Of a stretch of 64,000 nucleotides of DNA, positions 57,695 to 64,000 are shown piece after piece. The position numbers and the translations under genes are program-made. The notes beneath the pieces are model-generated. The model was not told where the DNA came from. It saw only the letters and a list, made by a program, of their open reading frames with translations, and searched no databases. Source of the DNA: Spirochaetia bacterium (GTDB taxonomy: Bacteria; Spirochaetota; Spirochaetia; SP-2023); NCBI GenBank assembly GCA_965263295.1, contig OZ253665.1, positions 2,176,001 to 2,240,000 of the forward strand, written 5' to 3'. The first letter of the stretch is position 1. The number at the start of each line of letters is the position of its first letter.

Positions 57695-60600
57695 CTAGCG
57701 CCGGATCCTGAAGCTGCGCAGGGCAAAAGGGGAAAACAGCAGTTCCGTGCCATTTTCCAGAGGCTCGCCAAGCTCGTGCCACTCCATCAGATCGCATTCT
57801 TGCAGCGGGCTGTTTTGCAGGTGTGGGGCCAGGTGCAGCCGGACCCGGCTGTGCTTGCCGGCCCGCTCGACGAGGCGCACAATGATATCCGCCGACTTTT
57901 CGGCCTGTTTAACGACTTCCAGCGTGACGTTCTCCCCGGTAATTTTGATCGGCGGGACAAGCTCCAGCGACTGGCCGGCAAAGGCCAGCACGCCGGCATT
58001 AAACAGGGCGGCCTCCGCCTGAATCGTCGGCATGGCCTCCTGTAATGTGCCACTGTGCGGCAAAAAGGCGTAGCGAAACTCGTGTGTTCCGTCGCCGCGG
58101 GATTGGTCGGCGCTGCGGGATTGATCGGCATCGGGGTCGGGCAAGGTGGGCGAACGCAGTAAATTAAGGTCCATCCAGTTGCCCAGAATCTTGTGGCCGT
58201 ACTTGCTGTCGTTGAGCAGGCTGACGCCGTAGTCGTGGTCGCTTAGGTCGGCATAACGCTGGCCGAGGACTTCAAATTGGGCCATGTCCCAGCTGGTATT
58301 GCGGTGGGTGGGGCGTTCGAGGTAGCCGTAGTGAATGTCGTAGCTGGCCTTTTTGCTGCGCAGCTCCGGCTCAAAACTGACGCGCAACATGCGGTGTTTC
58401 TCGCGCCAGTCGACTTGCTGGAAAAAATCCAGGCGCTTGCTGTGCGCCTCCAGGCTCACGCGTTGGCTCATGCTGGAGCGCTCGCCGATCTTGTAGCGGA
58501 ATTGCAGGCTCTGCTGCAGGGAAGAGCCGCCGCCGCAAGATGCTTCGCAGGCATGGATTTCTTCGAGCCGCTCGGCTTCGTAATTGAGATCGATGTCCCA
58601 GGCGTCCCAGTCGCGGGGCCAATCCTGGTAGAGCGAGAAGCGGTTGCCCAGGCCGTCGGACGCCAGGATTTCGCGCTGTTCTCGTTTGTCAAAGGCCGCA
58701 GTCAGCTGGCCTTTTTCATTAAATGTGTAGCGCACCAGATCATTTTCCAGGCTCAGGTCCTTGCCTTGCAGTGCGGAGTCCGCCCGCTGCTCCGCGCCGT
58801 TGTGCAAGACGGCGATGGCCTGCGCCTCGAGACGCAGCAGCGCCAGGCCGGCCTCGGCTCCGAGGATCGCGACGTCGGCCTGGCCTTCGGCCACCCTGGC
58901 GCCGCGCCAGCCTTCGGGGAGTGGCACCAGGGCCTGCACCGGCAGGCTGTAGGGATTGACCAGGCTCAGCGCCGCCGCATCCTGTTTTTGCGCGTGGCGC
59001 CAGGCCTCGATGAGGCGCTCACAGAGCGCGAGGCCGGCAGCGTGCTTCTGGTGCGTCCCCTCACTCCCGTGGTAGACTTCGTGAATGCTGGAGCCGGGAA
59101 TGATGTCGTGGAACTGGTGAAGCAAGAGCATTTTCCAGGTCTGCTCAAGCTCCGCTGTCGGGTAGGCGAGCCTGGAATCCAGGCTGTAGAGATATTCGAC
59201 GACCCGCAGCTGTTGTTCCAGACGGCGATTGCCCGCTTTGACCTTGGCGTGAGTCGTCAGGGTGCCGCGATGCAGCTCCAAGTAAAGTTCGCCGGACCAG
59301 CTCGCCAGCTCGCCGCGCCGGGCTTCCAGGCGCTGAAAGAATTGGTCGGCCCGGCCGAATTGCAACTGTGGGCAGCCTTCTGCGCCGGCGCCGCCGTCGG
59401 CTCCAAAGCTTAGCCCGCGCTCCAGTTGCTCTTCATCGGGGCCGCCGCCGCCGTCGCCAATGCCAAACAAGGTCATGAATTCATCTAGGAAATGGCCTTC
59501 TTTAAATTGGTTTTGGGCCGCTCTGAGGCCGTTTGCGCTCAGGACGCTGTTGTATGTGGCCTCGGGCGGGAAGTGGGTCAATACCTCGCTGCCGTCGATG
59601 CCTTGCCAGAGAAAAGTGTGGTGGGGGAAGTCGTTGTACTGGCTCCACGAAAGTTTTTGCGTCAGAAAGTACTTGATGCCGGCGCGTTGCAGCAGTTGCG
59701 GCAAGTTTGCGCTGTAGCCAAAGACGTCGGGCAGCCACAGGTTTTCGACATCGACGCCAAACTCGTCGCGGAAAAAGTTCTTGCCGTGTATAATCTGCCG
59801 GACGAGGGACTCGCCACTGGGGATATTGGCATCGGCCTCGACCCACATGCCGCCCTGAACTTCCCAGCGCCCGTCCTTTACCCGTTGCTGGATTTGCCGG
59901 TACAGCCCTGGGTAGTGTTCTTTGACAAATTGATAGTGCTGCGCCTGCGAGGCGCCAAATATATAGCCGGGGTAATGCTCCATCAGTTTCAGCTGGTTGG
60001 CAAAGGTGCGGGCGCACTTGCGCACCGACTCTTTGAGCGGCCAGAGCCAGGCCGTGTCGATATGGGCGTGGCCGACGGCGATGGTTTTGGGCTCTGAGGG
60101 TGCGTTGCCCTGGCGCAGGGCATCCCGCAAGATTTTGTGGGCGGAGGCGAGATTGCCGCGTTGATAGGCATGGCGCGACAGGGACTGGTCCAGGGCATAG
60201 ATCAGGCGCCGGGCGCGGGGTGCGACAGCAGAGCTTTGACCTGTGCCAGAGCCGAGCAATTTTTTGGCAATTTGGCTAGCCGTTTGCACATCGAGCAGAA
60301 ACTGCCACAGAGCGCGGTCAAACAAGATAATGCGGGCGCAATTGACGCGGCCGATGTGTTCGCCGTAATAACGCGGCATGCCCTGGCGCGGATCGTCTTC
60401 GCGCTCCAGGCCAAAGAGGGTGTTGGCGGCGGCCTCAAGCCACAGTTCCAGCTTGCCGCCTTCGAGCAGCTTCTCTGCGCGCGGAACCAAAGAGCGTTGA
60501 AAGCCACCGCGGAGCACTGAGCCCTCGGAAATCCCCTGCAGCGGTTCACCTTCTTTGCTGAAAACCAGCCCCTCTCCGTTGAAGTTGAGTTGTAGGGCAA

Positions 60601-60892
60601 TTTCGGCGCCGAGTTCTGTGCCCTTGGCGCGCCACGCGTCCAGCTCCGCGCCGAGGTCTGCCTTCAGGGAGAACCAAGCGCTTTCCCAGACGAGATCCGC
60701 AGAGCGCCCCCACTCCGCCCCCTCTTGAATTGGCGCAAAGTTGAGGCGGTCCTTTTCGGCAAACTTTAGATGTTCCGTGCATTTTGCATATTGCAGGTCC
60801 AGTGCCTTGGATTCGATAACGAGCTGCTGGTAGAGGCGTTCACAGGCCTTTTGGGCGCGTCCAAGGACTTGTTGAAACTGTCGATCAAACAT
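57695..60892 (-). CDS. Alpha-mannosidase, glycoside hydrolase family 38
   Basis: GHAHIDTAWLWP, GGMWVE, WLPDVFGYS, GDGGGG, GELYLELHRG and HQFHDIIPG. Confidence 0.95.
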   Translation of the reverse strand: MFDRQFQQVLGRAQKACERLYQQLVIESKALDLQYAKCTEHLKFAEKDRLNFAPIQEGAEWGRSADLVWESAWFSLKADLGAELDAWRAKGTELGAEIALQLNFNGEGLVFSKEGEPLQGISEGSVLRGGFQRSLVPRAEKLLEGGKLELWLEAAANTLFGLEREDDPRQGMPRYYGEHIGRVNCARIILFDRALWQFLLDVQTASQIAKKLLGSGTGQSSAVAPRARRLIYALDQSLSRHAYQRGNLASAHKILRDALRQGNAPSEPKTIAVGHAHIDTAWLWPLKESVRKCARTFANQLKLMEHYPGYIFGASQAQHYQFVKEHYPGLYRQIQQRVKDGRWEVQGGMWVEADANIPSGESLVRQIIHGKNFFRDEFGVDVENLWLPDVFGYSANLPQLLQRAGIKYFLTQKLSWSQYNDFPHHTFLWQGIDGSEVLTHFPPEATYNSVLSANGLRAAQNQFKEGHFLDEFMTLFGIGDGGGGPDEEQLERGLSFGADGGAGAEGCPQLQFGRADQFFQRLEARRGELASWSGELYLELHRGTLTTHAKVKAGNRRLEQQLRVVEYLYSLDSRLAYPTAELEQTWKMLLLHQFHDIIPGSSIHEVYHGSEGTHQKHAAGLALCERLIEAWRHAQKQDAAALSLVNPYSLPVQALVPLPEGWRGARVAEGQADVAILGAEAGLALLRLEAQAIAVLHNGAEQRADSALQGKDLSLENDLVRYTFNEKGQLTAAFDKREQREILASDGLGNRFSLYQDWPRDWDAWDIDLNYEAERLEEIHACEASCGGGSSLQQSLQFRYKIGERSSMSQRVSLEAHSKRLDFFQQVDWREKHRMLRVSFEPELRSKKASYDIHYGYLERPTHRNTSWDMAQFEVLGQRYADLSDHDYGVSLLNDSKYGHKILGNWMDLNLLRSPTLPDPDADQSRSADQSRGDGTHEFRYAFLPHSGTLQEAMPTIQAEAALFNAGVLAFAGQSLELVPPIKITGENVTLEVVKQAEKSADIIVRLVERAGKHSRVRLHLAPHLQNSPLQECDLMEWHELGEPLENGTELLFSPFALRSFRIRR

Positions 60893-60967
60893 TTTGACTC
60901 CTAATTATTTGAGCTTTGCTGGGGATTATTGGGCAAAAAATGGCCACTCTGCAAAAGTTGTACGAGA

Positions 60968-62437
60968 TCATTTTGTTGGCTGTGCTGCCGACTTCCATTG
61001 ATTGTATGCCGTATTAATTTTGGCGACGACTTCATACCAGCCTATTTCGCGCAGCTTGCTGCGGAATTTGTCCAGCGTCTCATCTACGGGCACGCTGCCA
61101 GAACTCAATATGGGGCCGAATTCGGCCAACGCCGCAGTCGCCATGGCAATCTCTGTGCGGTAGTCCTCGGTATTGATAACGAAGTTCAGCGCGGGAGAAC
61201 TCTCTGCTGCTTCGTTAAATCGCAGCAGGGCTTCGCGGGCGTCCGGGCGCTCATTTTCCATCAGATACAGCGGCATGAGGCTGCCCAAAGTAAAGTTGGA
61301 CATGTTGTAATCCCTGGCCTTGTCGGTCTTGCGGACCACATTTTCGCCTGTCTTCTGATAATGAACGCCCTCAATGCCGAAGCCGACGAGATTGCGCACG
61401 ACTGGATCGGTGTTGAGCACTTCGATAAAAGACATGGCATCTTCGGCGCGCGTCGAAATACTGGGTATGCTGAGCATGGCTCCCTTTGCGGTGTTGTAGG
61501 CCAGGGTCGGGGGGGCGTCCAGAGGGGCCGCGACGATTTCCAATCCCCATCGTTCGGCATAGATTTCTCCCGCTCCCGGAAAGCCGCTGTAGTGACGCAA
61601 AAACCAGTCTTTATTTCCATCGGCCTTGTAGCTTTCGGTTGCCTTGACCACGGCGGCATCCGAGGGGGTATAGCCCTTCTGGTACCAGTCGCGCATGATC
61701 TTCAGCTGGGCGATGTATTCGCTCATTTCCGGCAGCACCTGAAAGCCTTTTTCCGCTTCGGCAAACGAAAGGGCAATCGGGACATTGTCCGTGAATGGAT
61801 AGTCGGCCCGTATCCGGCTAAACCCTTCTCCAACGTAAAAATATTTGTTTGTCCCCGCCTCTTGGCTCCGGGCGAGCAGCGGCGTCAGGCTGGCCACGTC
61901 TGTGATACTGGAGACTTCGAGGCCGAGCTGTTCAAAAATTTTTCTGGGAAAGGCCGCGTAGAGCTGAAAAGCCATGTCCTTGTAATTGGGCACGGAGTAG
62001 AGCTTGGAGCCGACTCGCGCCGCCGTCCAAAATTTCTCAGGAATTGAGGCTTTCAACTTCGGCGTCTGTTCCAGTAGCCCGTCGAGCTCGCGCAGGTAGC
62101 CACTGGTTGCGTTGTTAAAGAAGTTTGCCGTCCACGACGCGGTAAAAATGATATCTGAGTATTCTCCCGAAGTCAGCATTAAAGACATCTTGCTGTTGTA
62201 GTCGCCCCAGTCAAAGCTATCGTAGCGCACGCTGTAATTCTTGCCGATCTCTTGGAGGTATTGATTCACTTGCGCGAACACCAGCTCCGTGTCCGGCGCT
62301 GGGGCCCCGATGCCATACCACAGTAGGGCACTGGACTGGTTCTCATCCCGGCCGCATGAGCAGAGCAAGGCCGCGAGGGCCAATGCGGCCAGAATTTTTG
62401 TATGCTTGTCTTTGAAAGGCTGTGCAAAAAAGGTCAT
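60968..62437 (-). CDS. Carbohydrate ABC transporter substrate-binding lipoprotein (DUF3502-type)
   Basis: Lipobox LCSC; DWGDY..KMSL.L.SGE..D and GFGIEGVHY; C-terminal helical tail. Confidence 0.88.
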   Translation of the reverse strand: MTFFAQPFKDKHTKILAALALAALLCSCGRDENQSSALLWYGIGAPAPDTELVFAQVNQYLQEIGKNYSVRYDSFDWGDYNSKMSLMLTSGEYSDIIFTASWTANFFNNATSGYLRELDGLLEQTPKLKASIPEKFWTAARVGSKLYSVPNYKDMAFQLYAAFPRKIFEQLGLEVSSITDVASLTPLLARSQEAGTNKYFYVGEGFSRIRADYPFTDNVPIALSFAEAEKGFQVLPEMSEYIAQLKIMRDWYQKGYTPSDAAVVKATESYKADGNKDWFLRHYSGFPGAGEIYAERWGLEIVAAPLDAPPTLAYNTAKGAMLSIPSISTRAEDAMSFIEVLNTDPVVRNLVGFGIEGVHYQKTGENVVRKTDKARDYNMSNFTLGSLMPLYLMENERPDAREALLRFNEAAESSPALNFVINTEDYRTEIAMATAALAEFGPILSSGSVPVDETLDKFRSKLREIGWYEVVAKINTAYNQWKSAAQPTK

Positions 62438-62530
62438 GCAGAAGTTCTCCTTTGTGTCATTTTTGTGTCACTTGGACTGGATGGCTGTGAAAAAGGCAAA
62501 AGCATATTTTGCACGTCTGTTGTCTTTTAA

Positions 62531-64000
62531 TCACTGCCCTGCCAATCTCCATTGATTATATGCGGTATTTATTTTGGCGACGGTTTCATACCAGCCTATT
62601 TCGCGCAGTTTCCCGCGGAATCTTTCAAGGGTCTCGTCTACCGGCACGCTGCCGGCGCGCAATATGTATTTAAATTCCGCCATTGTTGCCCTGGCCATCG
62701 CAATTTCTGTGCGGTATTCCTCTGGATTGACGATGAAGCTTAGCGCGGGAGAGACTTCTGCCTCTGCGTTAAATTGCAGCAGGGCTGCGCGGGCGTCCGG
62801 GCGCTCATTTTCCAGCAGGTAGAGCGGCAGGAGGCTGCCCAAGGCGAAGTTGGGCATCTGGTAACCTTTGGCTTTATCGGTCTTGCGGATGACATTTTCG
62901 CCTGTCTTTTGATAATGCACGCCCTCAATGCCAAAGCCGACGAGATTGCGCACGGTCGGATCGGTGTTGAGCACTTCGATGAAGGACATGGCATCTTCGG
63001 CGCGCGTCGAAATACTGGGTATGCTGAGCATGCCGCCATTGGCCGTGCTGTGCGTCAGGATTGGCGGGGCATCCAGAGGGGCGGAGACCAATTCCTGGCC
63101 CCACAAGTCGGCCAAGGCGGTCTCGGCTCCCGGAAAACCGATGTAATCGTGCAGGAACCAATTCCTGTACGACGATGATTTATAGCCTTCCCCCTCTTTC
63201 ACCACGGCGGCATCCGCAGGGATATAGCCTTTCTGGTTCCATTCGCGCATGATTTTCAGCTGAGCGATATATTCGCTCATGTCCGGCAGCACCTGAAAGC
63301 CCTTTTGCGCTTCGGCAAATGAAAGGGCGACCGGGGTATCCTGCCCGAAAAGATAGTCGGCCCGTATTTTGTCAAAACCTTGGCCGAGATCCACGTAGCC
63401 AGTGCGCTGTGGCTCCAGCTCCCGGCATCTGGCGAGCAGCGGCGTCAGGCTGGCGAGGTCGGTGATATTTGATGCGCTGAGGCCGAGTCGTTCAAAAACT
63501 TCGCGGGGGAAGGCCACATAACGCTGGTAAACCATATCCTTGTAATTGGGTATGGAGTAGAGCCTGGAGCCGACCCGCACCGCCTCCCAGAATTTTTCAG
63601 GTATTGAGGCTTTCAGCTTCGGCGCCTGTTCGAGTAGCCCGTCGAGCTCGCGCAGGTAGCCACTGGTCGCGTTGTTAAAGAAATTTGCCGCCCACGATGC
63701 GGTAAAAATAATGTCCGCGCGTTCCCCTGAAGTCAGTATCAGAGACATTTTGTCATTGTAGTCACCCCAGTCGAAACTGTCGTATCGCACACTGTAAGTT
63801 TTGCCGAGCTCGCGCAGGTATTGATTCACTTGCGCAAATACCAGCTCCGTGTCCGGCTGTTTGGGACCGATTCCATACCACAACAATGCATCGTTCTGGC
63901 CGTTGTTTGGGGCGCACGAGCCGAAGAGGCAGGCGGCTATGAGAACACATGCGGCGAGGATTGCCGCACGCTTGTTTTTAGGGAGCCGATAGCCATTTGC
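62531..64000 (-). CDS. Paralogous ABC substrate-binding lipoprotein (start lies beyond the window)
   Basis: The frame stays open to the window edge: ANGYRLPKNKRAAILAACVLIAACLFGSCAPNNG (lipobox FGSC). Highly similar to 60968-62437. Confidence 0.88.
   Translation of the reverse strand, partial: ANGYRLPKNKRAAILAACVLIAACLFGSCAPNNGQNDALLWYGIGPKQPDTELVFAQVNQYLRELGKTYSVRYDSFDWGDYNDKMSLILTSGERADIIFTASWAANFFNNATSGYLRELDGLLEQAPKLKASIPEKFWEAVRVGSRLYSIPNYKDMVYQRYVAFPREVFERLGLSASNITDLASLTPLLARCRELEPQRTGYVDLGQGFDKIRADYLFGQDTPVALSFAEAQKGFQVLPDMSEYIAQLKIMREWNQKGYIPADAAVVKEGEGYKSSSYRNWFLHDYIGFPGAETALADLWGQELVSAPLDAPPILTHSTANGGMLSIPSISTRAEDAMSFIEVLNTDPTVRNLVGFGIEGVHYQKTGENVIRKTDKAKGYQMPNFALGSLLPLYLLENERPDARAALLQFNAEAEVSPALSFIVNPEEYRTEIAMARATMAEFKYILRAGSVPVDETLERFRGKLREIGWYETVAKINTAYNQWRLAGQ

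Noticed and set aside
57490..57771. N-terminal extension of the esterase ORF with PGRPRKTQED repeats
   Set aside because: It is a read-through of the decamer array and hairpin and overlaps the GH38 gene; the family domain begins near 57489.
58277..62047. Long + strand ORFs (58277-59413, 60929-62047)
   Set aside because: They are antisense shadows of well-supported GC-rich genes and have no recognisable motifs.

Overview
Chromosomal segment of a roughly 50% GC spirochaete. Evidence for the taxon: FlgE with the Treponema-type lysinoalanine Lys/Cys pair, flgE-flbD-motA-motB, rpmF-acpP-rnc, an Rrp2-like activator and many lipoproteins. Housekeeping content: flagellar genes, cstA, pfk, purA, tRNA-Leu, a 23S-5S rRNA unit with its own promoter and no 16S, rpmB, fabF, ssb, a four-gene NqrBCDE/RnfDGEA-like membrane module, maf and metB. 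Accessory content: a GC-rich ABC-2 exporter beside the tRNA, an orphan vapD, a 1740-aa protein with 20 tandem 35/38-aa Gln/Gly repeats, a porin-like gene, and a GH38 mannosidase with tandem binding proteins. The best candidate for a new system is a co-oriented cluster at 50.0-54.3 kb with no PKS: fur, a PksI-like ECH2 decarboxylase, a FabL-like enoyl reductase, an AcpK-like ACP and an SPT/AOS-family enzyme. It suggests a metal-regulated branched amino-lipid or amino-ketone pathway. Other signals: an origin-polarity GC-skew switch near 19-22 kb without dnaA, two perfect 40-bp palindromes, a 21-bp stem before rnc, and 10-bp-period arrays. All calls come from motif recognition by eye; no database searches were run.
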